Assembly (NCBI GenBank): GCA_010093605.1
Contig: MU004196.1
Location: 642,606 to 706,605 of the forward strand
Reading direction: 5' to 3'
Length of the DNA stretch: 64,000 nucleotides
Source of the DNA: Lophium mytilinum
Lineage: Eukaryota
Shown here: piece after piece, positions 23,436 through 35,260 of the stretch
Layout of the letters: every line of letters starts with the position of its first letter
Position numbering within the stretch: position 1 is the stretch's first letter
Notes under the pieces: generated by a model
The model's database searches: none
What the model was told of the DNA's origin: nothing
What the model saw: only the letters and a program-made list of their open reading frames with translations
Made by a program: the position numbers and the translations under genes

Positions 23436-26315
23436 TCAAGTCTCCACCACCGCCCCCTCAGCCGTCTGTCCCTCAATCTCCTGCCCCAACCTCTCCATCT
23501 CCTCAGACAACTGCTCATACCACACGCTATGAGCCCCCCGGTCAACCACGGCCACCCGCCCCAGCGTCTCCACAATCTCGCCCACCTGCCCAATAAATTC
23601 GGGCAACCCCGTCGTCGCCAGCCCCTCCGTCGCCGTGCTCGCCGCCCTCACGCGCTCGCCGCTCGACGACGCCGAGATGCGGCTGAAGATGTGCGTCTTG
23701 AGGCGCTGGAAGAGCACTTTCATGACGGGGTCTGTGAGTTTCCCGCTCTGCGCCTGGGTGAGCAGGCGGGAGATGGTGCTCGCGAGCTGTGCGCGGGTGG
23801 CTGGCGGCATGGCGTGCGAGGATTCGATCATGGATAGGATCTTCGCGGGCATAGCGGCGTCGGTTGTGTAGCCGTCTTTGAGGGTTTCCCACATCCGGGC
23901 GGCTTCGGCTTTCCAGGGGGAGCGCACGTCGCGTTTGAGGAGGTTCTTGGCAGTGAGGAGAATGCCGCCGATGGCGGTGATGCGGACGGCGTCGGCGCGG
24001 ATGCGGAGGAGGCGGGTGCGGTCGAGATCGAGTGTCTCGGGGAGATCCGAGTCGCGGAGGGGAGGGGTGGCGATGGCGAGGTCGACGAGGCCACGTGCGT
24101 AGATTTTGTCGGTTGTAGGGCGGTTCGCTGGGTCGCGGCGGTCGGCTTCGGTGTGCAGGTTTACGGCGGCGTTGTGCCACCAGCGGCGAGTGTTTTGGAG
24201 AGTAGTCTTACCAGAGTCGAGGTCCTGGGCGAAGGAGCGGGCTTCGTAACCGGCAGACTCCTTGATGAGGGTTGGGGCTGCGTTCATGAGGAGGAAGTTG
24301 GAGTAGTCGAGCGATAGGAGGTCGATGACGTGAAGAAGCTTGAAGATCTTTTCGATCATATCTGGAAGTGCACCTTCTTCTACGAGCTCATCTGCCAATG
24401 CTTTGACCTCTGCGTCGCGGACTGGAGCGCATAGCTTTGGCAGGATAGATGCAGTGAAAGAGAAGAACTTCTCATACGAGAAGAGCCCCTGATTCAGCTG
24501 AGTACTGATGTGTTCCTGGTCAAGTGCTTCTGATATAAGCGTATGCATCGAGTTTCCAGGCTTGAGCAATCGAAGAAGCTTCTCCCGGATATTCTCTGCC
24601 ATAGCCATAGTCCAGAGATTGCCTTCGCCATTCTGGAACCCCTTCAACATAGAGTCGCAAAGATCTCTGTGCATAGCCTCGCGAAGCTCAGCTTGCGGCG
24701 AAGGATCAAGGCGGAAATCCTTGTCAATGGCAAGCTCATGAACCAGGACTCGGTTGTGAGGCATGACAGAAAACATCTTCGTGATTTCCCTAGCTTGAAA
24801 CCCGTCTGCTGTGGCAGTTCTTTGAGACTCCGCCAGCTGCGACGCTGCTTCTGCCTCAATTCCGGTGACTTCAGTAGAGGCCACAGACCCCGTTGGCGAA
24901 GATGACTCCATGGCCAATCGAGGACGAACGTCGCCAGCTGGCCTCCTTCGGGGTCTAGCCCTTCTGCTCTCGCGTATGGCCTTCCGAATAAGAAGACTCG
25001 CTCGCTCAGGACCCGCCAGTTTCCTGATCTTGCTGAGTAGAATGACTTGGTTGTCCCTAATGCCCATTCTGTATTCATTCGCAACCTCGTCCACGGTTTC
25101 GTCTTTGACGCTTTGCCAAATAGCGTCTAAATTTACAAAAGTAGCCACCATAGTCTCAATGATGGCTGATGAATCTCGAGCTTTCCAATCGTTGAAAGCA
25201 GTGATGAATGCCCCATGTGCAAGTATGACCGTTTCGAGTCGGATAGGTGCCGGAGTATAGTTGTTGTATGCTGTAAGCCTGGGTAAAGCGGACTCGAATG
25301 AAATGATCAAATCTTTGGCCTTCCTGATCAAGTCTTGCTCTTGGTCGCCATCCTTGCTGAATACGTGCTCCGGATGCCCGAGAATAAGATATGCGCTGAG
25401 AAATGTACGCACAGCCGTCCCGTTTGCGGCCACATCACCTTCAGTCAACAAACCGAAGATCGACATGATCTTAGACGTCGCACTAAGCACCTTCTCCTCG
25501 GCCAAAATCAGGGTGATATCGTCGAAAGTCGCATCATGGACTTTATCGATACAGAGACCAAGCTCCACAAAGGCCCCGACGACGTTCCTCCGCCATCGCG
25601 ACCTCCACAGAGCTTGAATCTTCTTAGCCGCATCTTCAGGGGTGAGAGTATGGCCCGAGATAGCCTTCTTGCTCTCATTCGTAGGAGAAAGACTGGTGGT
25701 TCGGGGTCTACGAGTGCCCTTCTTATATTCCGCTCGCCGTCGCTCCGCATCGGCTAGCTTCTCTTCCATTTCTAGTCTATACCTCCGTTCTTCGGCAGCT
25801 TTCCTCTCTTTCATGTCCTCGGCTACTTTCTTGGCTCGCTTCACTTCCTCGGCGCATGACGCTGCCACCTGCGCCAGATGTTTCTCCCGAGCCTGCTGTG
25901 CAGCTATAGCTCTCTCCTCGCTGTTTGAGCCCCGAGGGGTCGCTTTCGCAAGAGCGGCGCGTAGCCGGACCTGCTCAGCATGCGCAGCCCTATCAGCTAG
26001 GCGAGCCTTGCGGGTTTCGAGGATCGAGGCGCGGCGGAGATGTTGTGCGACATGATTACTCTGGCAGACGTTTCGGAAGGAGCGGTTCGACTGGTGGGAG
26101 TGTGTCGAGGAGATCGAGTTGCGCCTTGAGGAGGGTGCTGACGACTTGCGACGGCTATTTGACGAGCGGTAGAAGCGCGCTGCGATCCGAGGCGGCGGGG
26201 CGTAGACGTGGCCGTTTTCGGTGTCGGAGAGCATTATGTCGGATTCCTCTGGGATGTCGTCGTTTGTTTGCGTGATGACCATGTCGGCCTCGGAGTCTGA
26301 GAGTGGCGCATCCAT
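23436..26315 (-). CDS. SOK1: T-complex protein 11 (Tcp11/Sok1) family protein with an IQ-like motif
   Basis: Long intronless ORF with AAKKIQALWR (IQ-like), VRTFLSAYLILGHP, LVHELAID, LCAPVRD, LDYSNF and LPETLDLDR. Start placed at MDAPLSDSE (26315); an in-frame upstream ATG at 26636 is an alternative. Confidence 0.82.
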   Translation of the reverse strand: MDAPLSDSEADMVITQTNDDIPEESDIMLSDTENGHVYAPPPRIAARFYRSSNSRRKSSAPSSRRNSISSTHSHQSNRSFRNVCQSNHVAQHLRRASILETRKARLADRAAHAEQVRLRAALAKATPRGSNSEERAIAAQQAREKHLAQVAASCAEEVKRAKKVAEDMKERKAAEERRYRLEMEEKLADAERRRAEYKKGTRRPRTTSLSPTNESKKAISGHTLTPEDAAKKIQALWRSRWRRNVVGAFVELGLCIDKVHDATFDDITLILAEEKVLSATSKIMSIFGLLTEGDVAANGTAVRTFLSAYLILGHPEHVFSKDGDQEQDLIRKAKDLIISFESALPRLTAYNNYTPAPIRLETVILAHGAFITAFNDWKARDSSAIIETMVATFVNLDAIWQSVKDETVDEVANEYRMGIRDNQVILLSKIRKLAGPERASLLIRKAIRESRRARPRRRPAGDVRPRLAMESSSPTGSVASTEVTGIEAEAASQLAESQRTATADGFQAREITKMFSVMPHNRVLVHELAIDKDFRLDPSPQAELREAMHRDLCDSMLKGFQNGEGNLWTMAMAENIREKLLRLLKPGNSMHTLISEALDQEHISTQLNQGLFSYEKFFSFTASILPKLCAPVRDAEVKALADELVEEGALPDMIEKIFKLLHVIDLLSLDYSNFLLMNAAPTLIKESAGYEARSFAQDLDSGKTTLQNTRRWWHNAAVNLHTEADRRDPANRPTTDKIYARGLVDLAIATPPLRDSDLPETLDLDRTRLLRIRADAVRITAIGGILLTAKNLLKRDVRSPWKAEAARMWETLKDGYTTDAAMPAKILSMIESSHAMPPATRAQLASTISRLLTQAQSGKLTDPVMKVLFQRLKTHIFSRISASSSGERVRAASTATEGLATTGLPEFIGQVGEIVETLGRVAVVDRGAHSVWYEQLSEEMERLGQEIEGQTAEGAVVET

Positions 26316-28783
26316 TGTATTCTTTGTGTAGCGACAGTCGGTTAAGGCAGTCTGGGGACAATGGACGTCTGGTATTCGAGCGGCCAGTGCCGGAAGGGAG
26401 GTGACGAGCGGGTACAGGTTGATATATGAGTCGCGTGCGACAAAGCGGGCGGCGGCTGTCAGCTGGCTGAAAGCGGTGATGGGGGTGGTAATATGGGGTG
26501 TGAAAGAGAGACAGTCGAATATATGGTACGGGAGAAGAGAAGTACGTGACGACAAAGTGTCGAAGAGTGAAGAAGTCGAGGCCCGCGGTGGGGGAATCCG
26601 GTCTGAAGTCAAAGTGGCTGGGAAGATCGATGACATGCGGCAGCCTTCTGATGTCGTAAGCGAGTCAGAGCCCGCGCTAGAAGCTGATGGACAAGCAACC
26701 GGGCCTGCTCGACGACCTTGCGATACGAACCTAATCCTTCTGAAACGTGCCGTTGCAAAAGAAATGTGAAGGGTGCTATCGAACTCGCTGTCGCTGTCGC
26801 CGTCGCCTCACAGGGCTGTGAAGACCCCGAGCGTCTGCACCTTCGCCTGTGACGAGTCAACAACGACACCTGCCAACCAGGGATCAGTCCGTCAGGGCTC
26901 GAGGGTCACTTCAACCATGGAACGGCTTATCAAGACGCCACATGATGGCTGTATCACGCGTTCGAAGAAGTGATGAGTTAGCATCATCGCCATTAGTAGT
27001 CCTATTATGAGTAGACCTGAAGGACAATATCCAGTAGAATACTCGAAACACTAGGTATTCCTATATGAAACATGAATGCGTTCATCTGTTTGAGATCCCT
27101 AGGAAAACGCACCATTTAAAAATCAAATTAGACAACTAAGTAGGTAGCAGTATCGCTCTCCATTTCCCAGTCTCGTCCTCAAAGTCGACTATACCAATCT
27201 CACAACTTCCCTAACGTCTTATGCATCACCTTATCCCTTGGACGCCCCATCAACCAACCGTATACCACAGCCTATCAACATTCCCCCGACCTTTCCAAAC
27301 ACCCCATCTCTATCCCACCCCTCTCCTGCACCCTCCCCCAAAAGCATCCAACACCACCTCATCCCCACTCCACCAACACAACCCCCATCCCCCATGACCT
27401 CCCCATCTCCACCCTCCCAGCCCCCCGGGAAAGGTTCCGGTGTGCTGGTCACTCACCCCACACCTAATTGGAGAAGTTCCGCGCGCACTCAACGTGAAAC
27501 GCCTGACGACGAGCTATAGGGTCGGGCATGTGCTCTCATGTACTCGAACACCTATTCGACTCGAAGAACATGCACGGAGATGGTTTGAGCTCATCCCTAG
27601 ATTTCTATTCGTGATTAGAGGGTGTTTGAAATACCGGGATCGGATAGGAGAAGAAAGCCATGAAAGGTCAGCAGGTCGTGGGCATGACCTCAAGAGTGTG
27701 AGCGTCTGCTTGTATACCCCGAGAGCTAGAGAGGGGCTTTTTCTTGGACAGCTTGTTCTAGAAGTATGGATGGATCATGTGTGCATGGTCGCTTTGTTCG
27801 AATTCGAGCATGCTCGGTGGGGTAGGACGCATGATTCGCAGCTCTGGAAGTGTGGTTGCACGGCATGGGAGGATCAGTCGAGTAGAAGCCTCACTGCCCA
27901 GAGGCCCGGGTTGGGGGATCGTGAAACGAGGGTATTGGAAGGGGGTTGCCAGATCGGTCAATGATAGGGATGGCGTATTTGTGGGAGTGATGTTCCCAGC
28001 TCTCGCTGTTGCAGGTGGTTTTATCGAGAGCCTCCTTTCGATATCATTAGAGATCAGGTGGTTTCAAGTCTTCGTGAGCTCGCGATGGCTTGCGATTCTA
28101 TTCCCACTCAAGCATCTGCGAATCATGTACCTTTCAATCGTCACATCACACGGCGCACCAAAATAGCACAGTATGATAATTATATCGTCGATACACCTAT
28201 ACTCTCAAACAATATCGGCAGGCAACACAACATCGGGATCGCTCCCGCGGTGGCCAACATCCCCATCCCCTCCTCTCGTCCAGGTCTATAGACGTGCTAT
28301 AATTATACATAATCGCAAACACTTTTGGGGATCCCATTCCCAAATACGCCCCTGATCCCCTGGCTGCGCTTGCCCCAGTCAACTTTTTCGCCCTTCCCGC
28401 ACTAAGATACAGAAGGGTAGTTCCGTTGGGTATAGCCGCCGAAAATGCCGCTCGTGACAAAAGAAAAAGGTTACACACGGGTTGTGGCTGAAGAGCCCGC
28501 TGGTGACGCTTGACGCTAAGCTCGCTGTCGTGAATATTTGCGTTGTATGCTTGCTGACTCGCTCGATCGCTTAGTCGCAAGAGTTACGTTCGATTCTCCT
28601 GGGGATGCTGAATGATCCTCCAGGTCATGCACAAATGAGATTCGTTAAGGCAGAAGGAGTGACGTGACTTTCGTAGAGCACGGGTGCGAGCCGGAAAAAA
28701 TGCCGCAACCCGGTGTTCTCGAGGTCTATTCGTAGATATGTTTACAAAGCCGAAATATAGGTATCGTGGAAGAGGGGTCCAGG

Positions 28784-30426
28784 TCATCGACCGGTACGCA
28801 CGCCCACGGAAGATCGGCCGAGAAAAGAGCCGGGGAATCTGATGTCGTTAAGAAACTTGAGAAAGGCGCGTTTCCGTGATGGGCGCCGTTGGATCTGGGA
28901 CGCGATTTGGACCATCGGTCCTACAATGTCTTCGTCGCCCAACTTTGGGAACTTGCCTTCGCTTTTGGGGTCGTTTAACGAAGGGATCTTGGTAAGAGGA
29001 GCTGGCTCGAGTGGTGATGAAGATGGCGGCTCCTGGCCGATTTGAGCGGCTCTCGCAATTGCAATGTCGTTGTTACTCTTCCACGACGCGTCGATCTCGG
29101 CCCATTTCTTCTCGGTGAGCATGTAGGTCTTTGACGTTGCGCCAAAGTACTCGCCAGTCCGAACTTGGTGCTTGGTGAAGTTGCGCCGCGCTTGCTCCCA
29201 GTCAGCAAACAGTTGCTTGCAAGAGACGGTGTCGCAAACTTCCGGGATGTAGGGTTCCGGGTAGATGATAAAGTTTGCATGTCCAAGCTTCATGGACCAT
29301 TCGTCGTTGGGATCGGCAATCATGATTGGGGGGATCTCTGATGACGGCACAAGGTGTCCTGGACGCGTTGTCTGGAAGGAGGATATAGACGGTTTTGAAG
29401 ATAGCGGTGGGGTTGCAAATCCGGGAATCTGAGGGGTGCCAGCCGGAGTGTTGTTGAATGAAAAGGTAGCATCGGCCACCGTAGGGGACTGAAGGGGAGA
29501 TTGGGTGGGAAGATCGTCGTTGCGGAGCTTGACCATCATGGGCGGTAGTAAGGGAGTAGAAGCCAGGCGTTCACGGTGTAGTGGCTCTTCCTCCTCTTGC
29601 TCTTCCTCATCACGCATACTAGATTTGGTAATCTCAATCGGCGAAGAAACAGAGCGCTGGTCCGGGTAGTCGGCGTTGCTCCTAGCAGGGGAGGAGAGAG
29701 CCTTGTCGACATGCTCAAGACCATGGTGTAACGAATCGGTCATGGACGACGAGCGTGACATAGAGGGCGCTCGAGCTGGTGTCGACGATCTGCTGCCAAT
29801 GCCCAGTCCTGACACGCCTCGGTCGCGTAGCCTCCGTGATAGAGAAGGAAAGCGATTCACTAGCTTATTGGTAATGGCATCGACGGGTGAGTCCCCTGAA
29901 CGTCGTCGCTTCGCTGCATGCTGCGAGATGTACTCGAAGTCATCGCCAAACGACTCGTCCGCCAGGTCGTATCCTCGACCAGACGGTGACTGGTGGTTCG
30001 ACGGCCTGCTATGGGCACAGACTTCGACATCGCCTAAGATCACGTCAGACGCTGTGCAAACGGGTGGGTCAAACGCTTATTGGGGGGCATACATAAACAT
30101 GGCGAAAGCTCTCCGACGTCAACAAGCATGTAGTCGTCCTCGGGCTCGATTGGCTCTTCGGCGAGCTTAGGCAGCTTGCCAGAGCCGTTAGGACCCTCAA
30201 TATGCTCATGGGTAGGCGGACTCGACGATAGCGACGACGTGGAGCTGGGATATCTGAGGTGGCCGCGCGAGAAGGTCGGAGTCAGCGGCGACGAGCCGTC
30301 GGAAACCGAGTAGAAGCCGGAGTCAGTGCAGGAATATACTGAAGCAGAAGGGTCTGAAGGCATGTCGGTGGTAATCCGCGGCGGCTGCCGGGCCGCAGCG
30401 AGGTTGGGGAGAAGTGAAGAGCGCAT
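28784..30426 (-). CDS. Conserved Pro/Ser-rich fungal protein of unknown function
   Basis: Exon 1 (30426-30093), intron 30092-30034 (gtatgc...ctgac...ttag) and exon 2 (30033-28784). Conserved-looking blocks: SPLTPTFS, LGHANFIIYPEPY, TEKKWAEID, KFPKLGDEDIVGPM. Confidence 0.85.
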
Positions 30427-33225
30427 GGCGCCTGGTGTTGTTGTTGACTTTCGACGGCTACCGGGGTCCCATCACCACTTTAAAGCGACGGGCAGCAAGG
30501 GCGCGTTCAGAGTGTGTTGGAGTGGTCGCTGTATAATGTTCCTGACTGGGACGGGTGGCGGGGCGCGAGGGTTTGGAAGCGTGCCACGAAGGCCAGACGT
30601 CCACGTAGGTACTGGGGATTTTGCTGTCGCGGGTGTCTGGACGCAAAGTCAGTGCCTGTCGGCCACACGTCCGCATTGGGCAGCCCCAGCACGTGAGACA
30701 GAAGATCAGGTGGCCAGTCAAGCCGTCGCACTCACCTGGTGCAATGTGCGTCGCGCAGCATTCGACGATCCGGACAGACAGAGGGCAGTCTGAGGCAGGC
30801 GGCGGCGCAGAAGGAGCATGAGGTGCAGCCAGCGGTTTAGAGGTCAGGCGTCAGGCAGACGGAAAAAGGCTGGGTAAATCGGCCGGGTGAGGGCGCGCAT
30901 TTGTGGTCAACGAGGGCTCTCCGGGGCGCTACCTAGGTACCTCTCGTTGACATCGGTGGCAGCATGGGATGCCAGGGCAGACGGCAGACTGCTGAGCTTG
31001 CCTGGACAAGGGTATGAGGGTGGGAGGTCGGTGGGAGGTCGCCGTCAGGGACGGGCCATGTCTCCTCCCAGCACAGCGTGCCACCCCAGCCCACAGCGGC
31101 AGCAGGCAAGGCAAGCCGTGAGCGTTGCGCTTGTTGTGCCGGCCGCCGGCCAATGCTTTTCTCTCTCGGCCCCGGCACGCCGGTCTCCAGCATTTGCTAG
31201 CTGTGCTAGCAGCAGGTGTTAGCATCGGTTGCCGTCTGCACATGGAAACGGGCCTGCGCCAGAAGCACATCGTCGCTCTCCGAACCGCAGAAACGCAGAC
31301 CCAGGCTGTCAACTGCCACTGCCAGACCCGCAAAGGCAGCGCCACAGCAAGGTCTCGCTCTCGCTGCTGCGCTGCTAACACTCTCTTACCGAGAAGAAAG
31401 CGGCGAGAAGTGGACCAACAGCAAAACTTTCTAGCGCTGACGCTCCCCATTTGTCCTCTTTGGCGAGGACCGCGCGGGTCACAGTCGGAACGTCTCTGGT
31501 CTCTGAGTCTGCGCCGCCACAGCGAGCACGCCCACTTGCGGCTTTTGCTCGTAATTGTGGACGTCGCCCGTTGCGGCTTTTCCCATATAGCTCACACTGC
31601 GGAACCGATCGCGCAGGATGACTCGGGTTCCCTTTACTGTGCCTCTCTTGGGCTCTCCAGGCCGAGGTCGTGAGGGCGCAAGACTCAGGACAGGTTCAAC
31701 CGACAACTCCAGGCGATGTCAGGATGTCTTCGAGGCGGTGCGCGCCGGTGGTGCGCCACGAGGCTCGACCTTCCGCGCCTCTGCCGTGCCCATTTGGGCC
31801 GTGGTGCCGCGCGGTGAGGTTGGGTGTGGCATCCTCTCCCACTCTGGCGGGCTCAGCGGGCAGAAGCAATCATCAGAGATAGCAGCTGCCACGACCACAC
31901 CGACGCCCGGTCACGTCGTTGCTGGCCCGAACGGGGAGGTGTTGGAGCTGTCCTGTTGGCCCGTTTCTTGGTGTTGCTGGCCTTGCGTGCTCCTCCGAGG
32001 CGCGATGACACGCGGGCGCAGAGCTTGCTGGGCGGCGAATCGGGGAACAGCAGTACTCCAGCCGTCGACAGGTCAGCGATTGGCGTCCAGCTGTGCTCCC
32101 ACAGCCCTGTTCCCGGTCGCGCGCTTGATCGTTTCCAGGGTCGCGTCGCTTTCCAGCAGCCCATCGCCAGGCACCGGAAGCCACGCCTACGATGCGCTGC
32201 GAGCATCTCCCGCCAGCACACCACGCCCAGTCCCGAGCATCGCCCTGCGCGGGGCTGCAGCAGCAGGAACAAGATTTCTCCGTGGGGGGCCGGTTTTGCT
32301 TCGACGAGACCCTTCTCACGTTCGTAGGCCAACACGCGTTGCTCCTCCCGCCCGCCAGACCTTGCGATGTGTAATCGCTACCGAGATCCAGCAGAGCCGG
32401 CCTGCACCCTAAACATGGCTCCCCGACTGGTCAGGGAAAAACCACATCCTCCAGGCGATGACGACAAAGCAGAAGAGTCCAGAGCTCGTGCTCGGCACCC
32501 GCTAGCAAGAACGTGCGGTGCCTTGTCCGGGACGGCACATCCATCCAACGGCCTTGCGGCCGACCCGCGAGCAAACCAACGCTACCCGGGAAAAGGTTTG
32601 CTGGCCTGCGCAGACTTATCAGATTTCTCCCAGCGCAAAGCGTCCAGAAGAGGGCGGCGCAGCGGTCCAGTCGGTGAGGCCTGCCCGATAGCGATTGTGA
32701 TGCGTCTGCATCAAGCCTCCCAACTGTGCGGAGCATTGCGTCTGCAGTTGTCCAGCACAACGTGGTTGCTGCTGATTTAGCCCGTCGCTGTACACTTGAC
32801 AGATCCGTGTCTAGCGCGTCCGTTGCCCTATGGCCTTGCAGCTTAGTTGCGCCGTTTGATGCGCCGGGATCTGCACCGCTGCAGCCTGAGGTGCTGTTTC
32901 CGCGACCCGGCCAGCCGTCGGCCCTCTGCGAAGGTACAACGGTGAGTGAGAAAAACGTGGTCGCGAGAGTGTGGAGAGACCGTAAAAATGTATCCGGACC
33001 TATTATAACAGCTGTATGGTATTATTGGATGTTTCCCCACGGGGATATGCAAGACAAGTCGAAAGACAATCGAATGAAAGCTCTAGCCGCGGAGTGACAT
33101 CGCAAGTGACATCGCAATCAGTGACATCGCGGTTCCCCACCGACAAGTATATTCTGCAAACGCCAAGGGCACGCAATTGCTCTTGCTGGACACTACTTAT
33201 CTCCGCACGATGGCGCCAAACCTTG

Positions 33226-35260
33226 TCAAAGCCAATACTTGCTCCATACTGCCTGCTCCTGCTCACTGCCTTCAAACTGTACGCAGATAAGCATCTGCCG
33301 AAAGCACAACATAGATGAGAGCACAATGCAGACGGACGTACCTTGAAGTCTACCCTAAAGATGTCTTGGAAGCCTTCCTCAAGCCTGGGTTCCCTGTACC
33401 TTGATGTAAAACTAGTGAAAGCAACTCTAGGAAGAATGGTCCGCTTTTCCGGGTTTGTCTAGAACATTTGATTAGCATGAGTAGTCAGAAATGTTACTTA
33501 TGCCTGTCTATCATTCCCCAAACGGGTAGTCTGTCAAGGATACCAATAACGTTGAGATTTTTGAGCTTACAAGGGGTCCGACGTTCAACGCTCGCACTGT
33601 GTCATTGTGCTCGCAAAGTTTCGCCGATGCAGTGAACAGGACGCAGCGGATCGGTACCTTGAACTGCTTTGCTAGCTTGAACCAATGTGATCGGGTTTCT
33701 GGGTCTGCATTGGTGTTGTCTGTCAACAGAAGCTACTGTTAGCTGTACTCGACGCTTTCAGGACAAGGAACCATTGTTGCGTACCTACAACAACCGAGAC
33801 CCCTTTCTCGAGGAAGACGGAAGCCGACTTTAGACATCTCTCGCGCTGTTTCAAGATGTTACTCCTCAGGCCGGGGAAAGCAGCACAACCACGTGCTACG
33901 AGAGAGGTTCTACAACACATACTGTTTTTAGAAGGTCCTGGTTTACACGTTCGTAGCCAAGGGGCTGAAGCTGTCGCCAATAGAAGGATGATTTGCCTGC
34001 TCCGGGGCTACCGCAGAAGAGAACGATCTCAAGTTCACTGCTTTTCGAGAATGAAACTAGCATTGTTAGCAATGCAATGCAATGCGTAATCTTGGTTTGC
34101 TCAACGGAACAATGGCCGCTGTGAATCCCAGTACATACCTGCATCAAGTGAGCTCTGAGACGGGGCTCCGATAAAGCTTGCAGGGTCGAAGTCCCGTTCG
34201 AAGGGCTGGGATTCTTCCTTCAAGAAATACTCCTCCGGAGTCAGGAAGGTGATGCCAACGTTGGCAGCGAAGTTCCTTTCCGAGGTTAGCTCAAAGAGCC
34301 CTTGTCGGCACCAAAGTCTTACCTGTCACTGCAAGAATGATCTTTCGGTGCTCCTGGAGTACCATTGCCCATGCGGCCTCCCGCATCCCCGACGAAAAAG
34401 GAATTCTCTAGATCCACCGAATCTAGAGATTCAAGGTCGTAGTCTTCGAGGAGTTCCTGCCACATCCCGATCCTAGGCTTCCGGTAATGGTCTCGCGTTG
34501 TGGCAGCATATACGCTAAGCGGAAGGTCAAGTTGGTTGAGCACGGCAGACACCTTGCCTTTGAAATCTGCTAGTCGTTTCTGGTCGCTCTTGATGGTCTT
34601 TGGATTGGGTTTGAGACTTATCCCCCCCTGGTTGCTCACAACTGCGACTAGATATCTGCTCAGATGGCTTTAGCGAGCGGATGGCGACTAGGCTTGGACG
34701 TAGAACAAGAATGAAACGCACCCCTCGTCGTGAAGGCTCTTCAAAGTTCCCGGGACGCTGCCGTGCCACCATCTCCAGTCGTTCGCGTCACGTCCAAATC
34801 TATTCCCGGAAGCGGAGGCAATCAAGGTAGAATCCTGCAGGTACGCTGTCAGTCAGGATGATGAAACAGGTGGGCATACGAGTGGACACAAGCTAGCACA
34901 AACGTACAAAGTCAAAAGCTGCAATCTTGCGACGCTTGGCACCCGATTGGACAGCTTTGGCTCCTGCAGATGTCTGATAACGGCCGATGAGGAGGCTCTC
35001 GTTGACAACCCGCCATGACATCTTTTCGGGTTCTTTCTTTGAGGCTGGGGTGAAGAAGTTGGCAACAGCCTTGTCTGGGCTTTGTCAGTCCTCGAGGGCT
35101 TCACAGATACGATAGGCCTTGCACGCCGTTGCCCATGAGGCAGATGAGCACCCAGCTTACTCGTTGTGGTTGATTGCTGCCGCTTCTTTAGCGGCGGCGG
35201 AGAGATGTCGCGGTCGTCAGTACTAGCCCTCTTTACAGGCACAGGCCGGTCGATCCCCAT
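33226..35260 (-). CDS. PNK1: Bifunctional polynucleotide 5'-kinase/3'-phosphatase, multi-exon
   Basis: HAD motif KIAAFDF/DSTLI, DWRWWH, SNQGG, YRKPRIGMW, FFVGDAGGR, P-loop CGSPGAGKSS, VNQD, DNTNAD. The last exon FEGSEQEQAVWSKYWL* ends at 33226. Confidence 0.93.

Noticed and set aside
30430..33100. Many overlapping 100-260 aa ORFs on both strands
   Set aside because: GC-rich upstream region of the 30426 gene. The translations are Arg/Ala/Cys-rich with no recognisable motifs, and most start at non-ATG codons.
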